Positions 25,201-37,145 of a stretch of DNA of 64,000 bases are shown piece by piece. This stretch comes from Vicugna vicugna. Taxonomy: Eukaryota. The notes under the pieces are model-generated. The model ran no database searches and was not told the origin of the DNA. It saw nothing but the letters and a program-made list of their open reading frames with translations. A program made the position numbers and the translations under genes. The stretch's first letter is position 1. Each line of letters begins with the position of its first letter. The stretch covers positions 930,001 through 994,000 of the forward strand of contig MU057801.1 in NCBI GenBank assembly GCA_013265495.1. The letters are read 5' to 3'.

Positions 25201-26499
25201 AGCTGGGGAAACCGACCCGGAGGGGTGTGGCCCCCTGGCGCACCACGGCTGCCCAGTGACACCCCTATTTCCAGCCTGCTTGGACAGGAAACTTGCCCGT
25301 GTCCCCCAGATTCTCTTCAGCCCTCCGTGACCCACCCAGTGAAAGCCGCTGCCTTCCGACAACCCACCCAGATGCGCCCAGAGTGAGGTTACAAAGCCTG
25401 GAGGGTCATCAGAGCAGCAGCGGGCAGAGCACGTGGCTGAGCGGGGACAGCGGGGGCACCCTCAGCGGAAGTGGATTCCTTCCACTGGAGCACATCCCCC
25501 AAATCCACACCCAAATGAGCCTTTACATCCTGAGCTGTTTTGCATTTGTTTCTTACTGACGGGAATGTATTTTGCAACTGTCTCCAGGGCTCGGCGTACA
25601 GCTTGTGACAGCTTTTTCATTTTATTTTTCTTTTTTCAGGCGTATTTCATTTTGACCCTTGGGTCACTATGCTTCATACTGACTATACCTCTTATTAATA
25701 TTTTTTCTTGGCAACAGTTTTGTTGATCGCTCCATTTTTGAAGCCACAAGTTCATTAGGAACAAGGCAGGGTGTTAGTAAACCCCAAATGGACAGGCTCT
25801 GTGAAGTCCTTAGATCCTCAATTCTCTGAGATTGCCTTGATTTAGAAATTGAGCTCCAACATTTCCACAGCCTAGAAATTCTAACTTTATCTCCCTGCTG
25901 GTCACTCACACCCAAGCAGCCCAGACCAGATGTGACCAGTTGCTCTAACTTTTGGCTTAAAAATATGTGGCCATGAAGAGATGTGTTCATCCACGTTATA
26001 CTTTGTCCTCTTTTACGAGTCTTCAAGACTATCCCAGCCTCCTGCTTCCCTTATTTGCAAGCAACCCCAAAGGCTCACACCTCCAGGAGCCGAGGTTTGG
26101 TCCCCAGCCTCGCGGCTCCCACGTTCCCACAAGCCCTTGTCCTTTGCTGATAGAAGCTTCCATCTGACTCTCAGCAGAAGGCTTTCCTTGGCAACTTTTA
26201 CTGCCGTCATCCCAAATCTGTCCATCTCTGTGTATTTAGTCCACACCTCTCCAAAAGGTCAGTTCAGTGGTCAAAACTGTGGGTTGAGAGACTCAAGACC
26301 TGTTCGGTCTTTCCAGGACTGTGCCGTGCCGTTGACCTGCCCACGAAGGGAAAGGGAGACAAGCTGTCCTCAGGTGAAAGGACGTGAAAACCGTCAGCCA
26401 GAGTAACTCTGACTGCAGACCCTCAACACTCGTGCGGGGAGCGGCTAACGGCTCCCTGGGTTCTGGTCCAAGTCCCCAGAGCTGCTCTTCTAGACGCTT

Positions 26500-26660
26500 C
26501 CTGCACCTCTCTCCTCCCTCCTCACAGTCTCTGTTTCCTCGGGGGTGAATATGGGAGACCGTGACCTGCGTCGCATGACCACGACCAAGCTGAATGAGAG
26601 AAGGTGGGTAAAATCCTCACACGGTGCCCACCACAGAGTCAAATCAAACACGTGGTGGTG
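26500..26660 (+). mobile_element. MIR (diverged)
   Basis: gtctctgtttcctcgggggtgaatatggg..aaaatcctcacacggtgcccaccacagag. Confidence 0.45.
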
Positions 26661-27226
26661 CTGAAGATGCTAAGGAATGAGTGGAAGCCAATTTTAATTA
26701 TTTTTCATGTGGGTGTTTCATTCAACTCGATGAAGCATTTGTTAAGCGCCTCCCCAAAACTTCTGGGGGTGCCTGTGTGAAGACAATCAGGGAATCTCTG
26801 GAGGAGGCATGAGCCCCATGACAGTCACCTCCAAGATGTCCTCTGCCCTCTCGGGGGGGGCATTAAGCCCTGGAACCCTAACGCCCATCTGAAAATGGGA
26901 TTGGCAGTATCCTCCCGAACCTACTTCATAAGCCCTGCATGAAGAGACGAAAAGGGGAGTTGAATGATGTCTTCTAATCTAAGTGAGACAAAGCACGGTC
27001 CCGAAGCTGGCGTCTGCCCTCACTGGTGGAGCAAAGGAAGCAAGACAGGACGACACGCGGACAGCGTGCTGGTAAACCACGTTTTCCTCGCTCAATCCAA
27101 GCACGTGACCCCGGTGGGGAATGTATCAGACGTTTCTTATCTCTGGAAATGGCTTTTTCTGAGAACTTCAGATTGATTTCAACTAATATTTATTAAATGC
27201 CTACTATGTGCCAAGCTCTGTTAGAT

Positions 27227-27404
27227 CAGCGCCGTCCAAGAGAATTGTCCAGGGCGGTGGGAATGCAGTGTCTCTGCACAGTTCCACATGGGAGCCGCTA
27301 GTCTGTGTGGTCACTGAGTGCTTAAAACGTGGCTAATGTGACTGAGGAGCTGAATTCTTACTTTTGTTTAACATTCATCAAATTTAAGTTAACTTTAAAT
27401 GGCC
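27227..27404 (+). mobile_element. MER3-like hAT-Charlie MITE
   Basis: cagcgccgtccaagagaatt..gagtgcttaaaacgtggctaatgtgactgaggagctgaatt..taaatggcc. Confidence 0.8.
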
Positions 27405-27751
27405 GAGGGGGTGGGGGAGGGAGAAATCCATGAAGGTGGTCAAAAGGTACAAAATTCCAGTTATAAGATCTGTAAGTGCTGGGGATGTCATGTACAATAC
27501 AATAAATATAATTAACACTGCTGTGTTTCGGATGTGAAAATCGTTAAAAAAGTAAATCTGAGAGTTCTCACCAGGTAAAGCTTCTCTTCTATGTGTTGAG
27601 TGCTACGTCTCTGTGAGGTGACAGAGGCGCGGTAAATTCACTGCAGCCCTCGTTTGGTGACGCAGGGACGTTGTATCGTTACGCTGTGGACCTTAAACGT
27701 ACCCAGTGTTGGGTGTCAGTTACAGCTCAAGAAAACTGGAAGGAAAAAATG
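27405..27751 (+). mobile_element. L1MA9-like 3' end inserted in MER3
   Basis: gaaggtggtcaaaaggtacaaaattccagttataagat..ggggatgtcatgtacaa; TSD taaatggc at 27396-27403 and 27752-27759. Confidence 0.8.
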
Positions 27752-30700
27752 TAAATGGCAGCATGTGAGCAGTTCCTGCAAGACCAGACACCGCAGGTTC
27801 AGCAACGAGCTAAACAGCTGAAAGTCCTGTCTTCTTGAAGCTTATACTCCAGTGAGAGCCACGTGGGGACAGAGAAAAAGATAAACAAGCAAAATACGCA
27901 GAAAGTCGGAGAGTGAAAAATGCTATAGGAAAAAAATTAAAACCAAAATGGACTTAGGAAAGGTCAGAATTCTAAAAAGAGTCACGTGCTCAACTTCTTT
28001 TTAATGCCCAGTGCATGTCCTGTAAAGGCTTCCGTCTCAGATTTTATTTTAGACCCCACCTAAAGCAAACTGTAGAGTCCAGAGTACACGGTTGTTTTGT
28101 TTTGTTTTTAACACGTCGGGTTTGGACGGTTGCTTTCATCCTTCTCAACTGTGTCCTCAAAATACACTACTTCTCACTTGGTACAATGATCAGGAATAAT
28201 GTGTAGCTTAATGGAACTTCTCCATTAAAAGGTTTTGGAAATAATATATAAAATTAATGGTTTACAAGAATAGTTTTAGACACTTGAAAACACAGCTAAC
28301 CTAAAGACCTCTGCTGCTCCGTGAATATGTTCATTCCCTGGCTAAAAATGAATCCCAAAATTGGTTTTGATTTTTATTTAAAATTCAAATGTCTGATGTC
28401 CTCAGATTGAACAAATGATGTTTAAAAATATCTATATCAGCCTCCAACATCTGCAGCTTGCAAGTTACATTTTGAAATTGGCTGCTTGAAATGAACGCGG
28501 AGGAGCAGTGCCTGCCTCTCTTCCTCCCTCGGTTAATGAAATGGGAGAGGTCAACCCTTTGTCCTTAAATTAGTTCCCGTAAAAATCTTTTTGTGCTTTG
28601 CAGCTTGTTATGATGTCTCCAGGCTGAAGGAAACGTTGCCGTTAATTACGTCTTTGTTGAATATGGATATCTATTCAGAGTTAGTTGCACAGTTTCAAAC
28701 AGAATCAGCATCGAGCCACACTCGGCCAGCTTTGGGTTGGTTATCAAGAGTGTCTCTCTCGCTCTCTCTCTTTTTCCTTTTCCTTTTCTCCTTTAAAAAA
28801 ATTTTTTAAATCACTAAGAGAATGCTCTTCCGCAAGTGTGCATTATCTCATATATTCAGCTTTCAGTTGCTACTTTTTTCCAGATGAAGATGAGCTTAAT
28901 TGAAATTGTCCTTTTAAGTTTGTAGAGCCCTTCAGCATCTCACACAAAGGCATGTAGAGGCTTTTCATTTGTCTTGAGTATGTTTCAGATGTACAAATAT
29001 TATTTACTTTAAACTCCGAATCAAAAGGTGCACTGTAACTGTTTTAAATAAAACGTTAGTCAGGACTGAAATATATATAAATCCAAAGCCAGGCCTTTTT
29101 TTTTTCTTCCCATTATCAAATCATTTATGGGAATGGAGCTCAGGTAACAAATTTTAGGATGCGTATTGGAGGCACGGGTTAGCAACACACTTCAAGCAAG
29201 CACTTAATAAGGGAACTTATTTTCAGCCCTCCAAAGGTAAATATTACAGATCCACTCAACAGCGAGGTGGTGAAGTTAGTTCCTATTTCAGATGCTCCCG
29301 AGTGTTTGCATGAATTGGTGGGAGAAAGCTTGGTTTTGAAGCAGGGAGGTTGACCAGAGAAAGGTGCCCAGTGTGCTCATCTGCGGGGGCGTTCTGAAGA
29401 AATGAAGGGAAACATTCAACTCCGGGCTCGGCGCTATAAACCCAGTTTGTAGGATGAGGGTCATGAAGGCTGGTGACTGGGACTCCAGCCCTGGGATGGA
29501 AACCCTGTTTTGAGAGCATTTAAATCAAGATATCTCAGGGAATATGGAAGAAACTGTGGAAAAAAATGGAAGATCGCTTTTTATTTTCCATGAAAGAAAA
29601 ACAATGAAGCCCCAAATATTACACTAACAAAGTAGATGAAGTAACGTAAGAATAAAATTCTCAAACATTCGCGACTGTAGGAAAGACAAAGGGTGTGAAT
29701 CTTTCTCTTCCCCTCGACGAGGGGTTTGTTTAGTGTCTTTAAAATATTTTGCAGTGATTTCTGTGTTCTTTCCTTTTTTCCTTCGGTTCCTTTCCTGAGC
29801 ACAGACCCGGAGAGTCCCTTGTTGCAAAGCGTTCCCGGGGACGGGCGCTTACCTTGCGTGGCTTCTAAGTGTAACACACATTTTTCATTTTAAATGGGAG
29901 CTCCCAGCGCTGTTGTGTGGAAGGGTTCCAGGCCCCCCGGTTATCGCCCCGTCTCCTTGAGCTGAGCCTCCGGGAAAAAAAAATGTGAAGGAGGTGGCCC
30001 TCTGGAATGAATAAATTCTGTCGCTGCCTGTAATTATTTATTAAAACAGATTAAAGAAATAGGCTAAAAAGGAATCCGCCACCCATGTTAGAGTCAGCAT
30101 AATAAGAGGACGCAGAAAGGGAAAATTAACACCCGGAGGAAAGAATGTCAGATATGCGTGTCTGGGAGCACAGCCGCCGCATCGCTGGCCCCACGGAGAC
30201 ACACTCGGGGCTTTCATTCCGCAGGGCGGGCTGTGCCGATGGAAACGGGGAGGGGGGGGTTACTAACACGGATGTGTGTCTCTAATTAACATTAGAATTG
30301 AGTGGTAAACACAAGCAGGAGAGAATTCAAGAGAGACAGGCTACCAGAGGAGCCAGAGTGTTGGGGTGGGGGGCGGAGGAGGCAGGTTCCAGGGAAGAAA
30401 TCGGTCAGCTCTTGGTCAGACGCGCTTAATCTTGTCACTTGAGTCAAAACTGGAGACCCGTCTCCTAGCACAACGGCTTCTGTGCTCAGTGGGCACTGTA
30501 CTTACAGGCGCCTTTATTGTGGGAGAATTTTATCAACTGCGCACACCGTCATCAAACCATCTCGGGGGTCAACTTTCCACTTGTGCCCTTTAGCTCTTAG
30601 AAAGGTACTTTTATGGTGTCCTCTAACAGATAGGATTTATCTTCGGTTCTGAGAAGGGCTTTTAAACGTAATCCCTCGCTGGAGCACTAATTTGCTTCTT

Positions 30701-31530
30701 CAGCCTGGAAACACTACTTGCCAATGACTTTCACCAGATTCAGTATCTTTTCTTTAGCGCGGACGGCCCTCGAGAAACGTGGGTGTGTGTTAATTCTGTG
30801 TTTTGTTTCCTTGCTGCTGTTGCTGCTTGTGACAACGGGGGGTGGGTACAGTGGTTGGAGGGGGGATTTTGATCACAGATGCCAGTGTCATTAGTGTATT
30901 TCTTCTTGTTTTAGTCCAAAAAATCTAACTGGAAGTGATTTGCAAACAGTTACCTTAAAATATTTCAAATCGCATTTGATTAAAGAAAACAAAAACTACC
31001 ACCAATTTTTAAACAAGGAGACTTAATTGAAGATGTGCTTTAATACGGCACAACTTATTTACGCTTTTTTATTCCGGTTTTTCCCGTGATATTTGCGTGT
31101 AGCGTTATGCCATGATGTTTACGTGTGAAAAACAATACATCTGCATATGTTTTCTGAAAGAAAGCCTCTCTCTGGGAAAATGAACATTTTTTCCCTTTTC
31201 TTATGTTCTTGGAAATGATTTATCAAAACAGCAAAACAACTCACTGGGAAAGCTGTGTGATCTGTAAAAACAACCAGCGTTTTACTTCCTTTCATACTTA
31301 GAAGGTAAAATCTTGCAGAGACCAAAAAAAAGGCTCCAGAATCCTTTTAACCTTATGATACTCCTGAATTTTACTGAAGCCCCTGTGTAACCACTTTACT
31401 TAACCAATTTAATGACGTGTGTGCTTTTTCCTATTATTTAATGCTCAGCCCCAAAAAATTATGTCCAAAGAATATTTACATGTCCTGCATAATATCTGCC
31501 TTTCCTTGTATTTGTTGGGAAAACATACAA

Positions 31531-31556
31531 ACACACACACACACACACACACACAC
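31531..31556. repeat. (AC)13 microsatellite
   Basis: Directly visible. Confidence 0.97.
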
Positions 31557-33827
31557 GAAATATCCAGAGAAATGCTTTGGATTGATTCTTCTAAAAGTCG
31601 TACAAGCTCCATGTAGAGAGCGCTGGAAAGACATTCACACATGAACAGAAAGCCATGACCCCCGGCGTCTTGGTTCAGAAAAGGAAGCCGCGGTACAAGG
31701 CTGTGCAGCTGGAAACGCCACCCCTCTGGCTCTCCCCACCCAAAGTTATTACCGTGTGAACACCGTTCATTAGCTTCACCAATATTGTGCTTCTGTTTAT
31801 CTGCCCATTACCATCTTAACAAAGTAAATCATCCCTATTCTGCCCAGATCGCATCCCAGGCCCCCCGCCCCACCTCCGAAAACCAGCATTTGTTACCCAT
31901 AAACAGGGCAGACGCTCACTCGGTGATAAGTAAAATAGCTGAAATTGAATTTTCCTCCGAATGATTTAGTGAATACTAGAACACATTTTTACTTTGTTGT
32001 TTAGACTCAAGAAGGCATAAAATCTCTGCCGTCTATTTATCACGGAGTTATTTTAATGTAAACATGTGTCCATTTAGATGAAGTGTTTTCATTATTAAGC
32101 TAATTCCGACGGGCCTCAGACAGACCCAGAGAAGGGAGCACAGCTCTTGCTGACGGGGCCCTGAAGTCTGCCTGGACTCCGCCTGCAGTCACATACGTCT
32201 TCATTAGTTTTTTGTCATTCACCGGCAGCAATCGCTGTATAAACGCTGTGTATCAGGCCCGCCTTGATAACTGGTCTTATCTCATTAGTTTTCACATCAA
32301 AGGTAATCAGCAATGTGAATTGTAATTGCTGGAGGAGACACGGCCTAGATCGCTGGTCGGGTTTTTTCCCCCCTGTATGGCATCTTGAAACATCAGCGGG
32401 CTGGTTGGAGCAGATAGGCTCGGACGGAAAACGATGTGAAAGGCATAATAAGCAAGCTGCTCGGAATTAATGAGCTAACCCAATAAGAAAAGAATGGCCA
32501 ATCAATGTGATTTGGGCAAATATAATTTAGAAATAATTGCTTGATTGGTTGCCTAGAGTAGACTGATTTGACCACACACCAGGATGAAGAATTAAGATGT
32601 CAAGGCGAAAAATAATTTGGCAACTGAGGGCATGTCGTTTCTCTTTTTGTTTCCTTCCCTTTATGATTGAAAGAGATGGGTGCTTGATACGCTCTTCGCC
32701 AGAATGAAAACATTAGACGCTGTCCTTCTCTTTCTGTTCTGTCACAATGAAGGCCCATTCAGAGCACAATCGTGATACTCCTGGACGGGACATGAAAAAG
32801 GTGCAGATTAAGAGAGAGAGAGTGTGTGTGTTCCCATTTACGGCAGTCACGCCGGAGGATGGATGGGTTGGTCCAAGGTGCTTGCATCTGCGCTGAGCTG
32901 CAGCACCATTTGCAGGCACTGCCAAGTGACGGATGCGGATACTTACAAGATCCGTCAGTCCTCTGTCCCAGGCCCAGGAAGTCCGGCGCCCACCCTCCCA
33001 TGTTCGCCGGGCAAGTCTCCCTCCGGCTCATCACCAATTAGCAAAGGGCCCTTGCTATACAGTCTTCTGTCCAAACTACTGGGGAGGTTCAGCCAGAAGG
33101 TAAATTTGCTTTGATCTACATTACACCTAATTGAGCCACCAGCAATGTCTTTATCCCAACATCAAGAAATGTGAAAATGTTAGATTATTTCACTGGGGAT
33201 TAAACCTAATTTTCGCGTGTTCTGCATTAACCTATTAGGCTCCCTCATCTGCATTGCTAATACAGTGGAGGCAGCTGTCACAGCTAAAGAAAAACATGAT
33301 CACGCAATCCTTGAATGAATGATTCCCGGCCTGATTAGTTTTAGTGAAGTTAGCTGAGCCCTGGTGATAAGGAAGGAAAATTCCCAGGTTGCCAATAGCT
33401 TTGAAAATTATCAGACTGTAGGCAAAAAATATACCTCATGATTCACAGGCTCCGGTCCAAATGCCGAGTTGAGTGACATTATTTAAGACTGACTAAGGCT
33501 AACTCGAATTGTCACTCGCATAAATGTTTGTGTTTATTTTAAGGGACTAATGTAATGAATGCAGATTTAAATGCTAATAGAAGCCAGCCAGACACATAAA
33601 ACCCCCAGGCGTTGTTACTCTGTTGGTCTTTTATTAACACAGATTAAATTGTAATATTTTCTAGATAAACTGGCAAAATCAGAAAGATGCATTGCCCCCC
33701 AGAACGCTGGATCAGAACGACTCTTGCAGGACATCTAGTTTTCTTGTTGGTGCACAGACCATCTTCCTGACTCTCCTTGTTGGGTTTCTTTCTTTTTTTT
33801 TTTTTTTTTAAGAATCTTTGGGGGAAA

Positions 33828-34005
33828 NNNNNNNNNNNNNNNNNNNNNNNNNNNNNNNNNNNNNNNNNNNNNNNNNNNNNNNNNNNNNNNNNNNNNNNNN
33901 NNNNNNNNNNNNNNNNNNNNNNNNNNNNNNNNNNNNNNNNNNNNNNNNNNNNNNNNNNNNNNNNNNNNNNNNNNNNNNNNNNNNNNNNNNNNNNNNNNNN
34001 NNNNN
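33828..34005. other. Assembly gap (178 N)
   Basis: Run of n. Confidence 1.
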
Positions 34006-34549
34006 GATTTTTTTTATCTGTGCACAAACCATCTTGACTCCTCTTTTTGTTGGGTTTTTTTCTTTTTTTTTTTTTTTTTAAGAAAATTAGGGGGAAAAAA
34101 TTTTTTTTACAAGAATAAAAAGTGGTTTCTGCTCATTAACCACATGGCTCTCTGCCTGTCCTCTGACCTGCAAGGGGTGGGCAGAGTGTTCCCCCATCCC
34201 TGCGCTTTGTTTGCTGAGAGGCAGGCTTTGCTGCAGTTTGGAGTCTGTACTTGGGTCTCTGCATTTGATTTCAGAGGCGAGACAGGCACCATGATGGGCT
34301 TCAGAGGTGGAAATGTTCCAGCGAGTCCGGTGGCTGCAAATAGAGCGAGGAGTCCCCGTAATCCGATTAGCAGTTCTGGACAATGGGCCGGCCCCACCCC
34401 TTGTGGACAGAAGCCTTCACTCTATTTGTTTCTATTAGCCAAGAATCTGTTATCAGAAAAGTGGAATTTTGCCCCATCAGATTGCCCAGACAATCAACAG
34501 AAAATAAATGAGGAAACAGTCTAATGTGTCAATATTCACCCTTTGGCCC

Positions 34550-35075
34550 TAATAGCCGGCGGGGAGGACCCGCGGCGCGCGGACCGGGCGGTTCCCCCGC
34601 GTGTCCCAGAGCGCGCCGCGCACGCGCAGGCGCCGGAGCCGCTGCCTTCCCCGGAGGTGCCGCTCGGAGGCCAGAGCACTGGCCGGAGGGTCCAGGCATT
34701 TTAAAGGTCTGAGGACCCTGGTTGGGAGAGCCAGGGAGAGCCCTCGATGGCCGGGGGAAGCCCAGCCAATCACAAGGCCTCCTTGAGTCCCCACCGGCCA
34801 GGACCCCTCCCGAGGGACCACGCCCCGCAACTTATCTGGACGGGGGACAATGCCGGTGAACGGAGCCCTGGCCTCGCTCCGCTGAAGGGCAACCTCCCCC
34901 AGGCCCGGACAGGAGCCGTGCCTCCGGATTCGCCCCCAGAAGCAGCAAGTGGATCCAGTCACCGAGCACAGCGCGCACCGGGTTGGCCGCAGGCCGGGAG
35001 CTAAGGGCTCCCTTCGCTCCCGCGGGACCTGCAGCGTCCAGGAGGCCGCATCGCGTTAGACCACGGATCGCTGTG
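34550..35075. promoter_or_regulatory. CpG-island-like region 2 with promoter-type motifs
   Basis: Dense CpG; NRF1 consensus cgcgcacgcgca 34617-34628, GC box 34586-34591, agccaatcac 34764-34773. Confidence 0.65.
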
Positions 35076-35407
35076 CCTGTTAACAAGCCGACAGTAACCA
35101 GTTCCAGATATTATCTTGTAGTAAATCAGATCTGCCTTCCTCATGATAGCAGAGTTCAGAAGGCTGAGACAAATTCTTCTTCTAAACATACATTTCTTTG
35201 AATTCTGCATTACTCACTAGTAGGTAATTTTCTCTTTGTGCAGTTCTACTGGGCTCATTGTTTCTCTAATAATGTGACGTGTCATCACAATGCGAAACAT
35301 CTTTGACCTCCAATAAAAGCCTCTCAGAGACACAGGTGAGGGGCATTAACATTAGCATCTGTCTCAATACCTGTGAACGCCTGGGAGATGCCCGGCTGTA
35401 TTTGACA

Positions 35408-35850
35408 GTGTGTCAGCTTCCCATTGCTGCTATAACTAATTAGCATAAACTTGGTGGCTTAAAATGATACAAATGTATTCTTTTACAGTTCTGGACGTCA
35501 GAAGTCCAAAATGTGTCTTAATGGGCTAAAATCAAGGATCAACTGAACCGATTCCTTCTGGAGGCTCCAGGAGAGAATCCACTCCCTGACTTTTCCGGTT
35601 TTTAGCAACTATGGCATCGGTGGCTCAGGGCTGCACGACTCCTGCCTCTGCTTCCATCCTCAAGCCCCCTTCTCCCCCGTTACAAAGATTCTCATGAACC
35701 CACTGGGCCAACCAGGTATTCCAGAATAATCTCCCCTTCTCAAGATCCATAACGTGATCCAATCTGAGAAGTCCCTTTTGCCACAGAATAACATTCACTC
35801 AGGGATTAGGACTCAGGCTCCGTGGAGGGGCCGTGACTCAGCTCCCACAA
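35408..35850 (-). mobile_element. MLT1 (C/D-like) LTR
   Basis: tgtcagcttcccattgctgctataactaattagcataaacttggtggcttaaaa..ttacagttctgga..cttctggaggctccaggagagaatcc. Confidence 0.85.
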
Positions 35851-35889
35851 CGTGCAGTAGATTCTGGGAAGACAGGCCAAGTGCTTGTC

Positions 35890-36280
35890 AATCACTCATT
35901 TGTTCATTCGTTTGTCCATCTGCAAATCTTGATCCATGAGCACCGTGCTTGGCACTAGGGCTCCCACAGGGGGCAGAACAGTGCTCACAGCTGGAGCGTA
36001 GAACCTAGGGAGTGAGCTCGCCAGCCACGGAAGAATCCTGCTGAAAATCAGTTCACTGCTGTTGGGGTGCGACAGGAAGGGAACAGTTCAGGGGTAGGAT
36101 GACGGGGCCACTAGACCTAATGCAGCCGGGGTGGGACCTGGTATCCAGAAGTTCTTCCCTGAGAAAACAATGTTTAAGCTGGGAGCTGAGGGAGGCATTG
36201 GAATTCGCCAGCGGAAGAGGCTGGGGAAAGGGGAGAAAACCACAAAGACAAAATGACCATCCAAGCCTCAAATAATTGTC
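35890..36280 (-). mobile_element. L2 fragment
   Basis: cactcatttgttcattcg..gtgcttggcactagg..agaagttcttccctgagaaaacaatgtttaagctgggagctga. Confidence 0.6.
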
Positions 36281-36316
36281 AACATGGAGGAGAAGGTGGA
36301 ATTGCAGTGACAATGA

Positions 36317-36464
36317 TTTTTTTTTTTTTAGGGTTTTTTCTTTATGGAGGGGGAGGTAACTAGGTTTACTTATATATTTACTTTCAGAGGAGGTACTGGG
36401 GATTGAACCCAAGACCCTGTGCACACTAAGCAAGTGCTCTACCACTTGAACTATGCCCTCCCCC
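36317..36464 (-). mobile_element. tRNA-Ala-derived SINE (vic-1-like)
   Basis: ggaggtactggggattgaacccaagacc..ctctaccacttgaactatgccctcccc; TSD gacaatgattttt 36309-36321 / 36465-36477. Confidence 0.92.
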
Positions 36465-36609
36465 GACAATGATTTTTACTGTCTGCTGTAGTCAACGTCG
36501 GGCACCCTGTTCTGAGTGAGCATCAATGCTTGTGTTACTTCCTAAAAAATGGCAAAGAACTTTCTGCCAAATAGCTGATCTGTATCCTTCAAAAGTGTCA
36601 ATATCACAA

Positions 36610-37145
36610 AACATAGATCTGCTTTTTGCCTCTGTAGGGTTGCCAATTCCGGATATTTGATATAAGTGGAATCACACGACATGCAGTCTTTTGTGACTGG
36701 CTTCTGTCCCAAAGCACAATGCCGCCACAGTTTGTAGCACATATCAGTGCTTCATTTCTTTTTATTGTCAAATACTGTCCTGTTGTATGGATATGCCACA
36801 TTTTGTGTAGCCAGTAAGCATTGATTTATTTTGACTTTTTGGCCATTATGAATAATACTGCTAGGAGCATCTACATACAAGTCTTTGTGTGGAAAGAGTT
36901 CATGTCTCCTGGGTGTAGCCTAGGAGTGGAACCACTGGGTCCTGTGCTAACTCTGTGTTCTGAGGTGCTGTCAGTCTGTTTTCCAGGACGGCTGTACCAC
37001 TTCTCACTCCTATCAACAATGTGTGAGGGTTCCAGTTTCTCCCCATCCTTACCATCACTTGTTCTTTTCTGCCTTTTACATCCTAGCCATCCTCGCAGAT
37101 GTGAGGTGGTGGTTCACCGTGGTTTTGATTCTTTCCACCATGCCT
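36610..37145 (-). mobile_element. L1MB-like 3' fragment
   Basis: atataagtggaatcacac..gtcttttgtgactggcttct..ttggccattatgaataatactgcta..gagggttccagtttctccccatccttacca. Confidence 0.85.

Larger units (their letters stand above)
27172..27930 (-). mobile_element. L2 3' end split by MER3 and L1
   Basis: atttattaaatgcctactatgtgccaagctctgtt (27189-27222) resumes at ~27790 with aaagtcctgtcttcttgaagcttatactccagtg. Confidence 0.7.
28000..35400. promoter_or_regulatory. Apparently transposon-free block; candidate enhancer/CNE cluster
   Basis: No interspersed repeat recognised over ~7.4 kb; many TAAT/ATTA, TCF, GATA and CCAAT motifs; conservation not measured. Confidence 0.55.

Noticed and set aside
33644..34081. 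ORFs spanning X residues
   Set aside because: Artefacts of translating through the N gap
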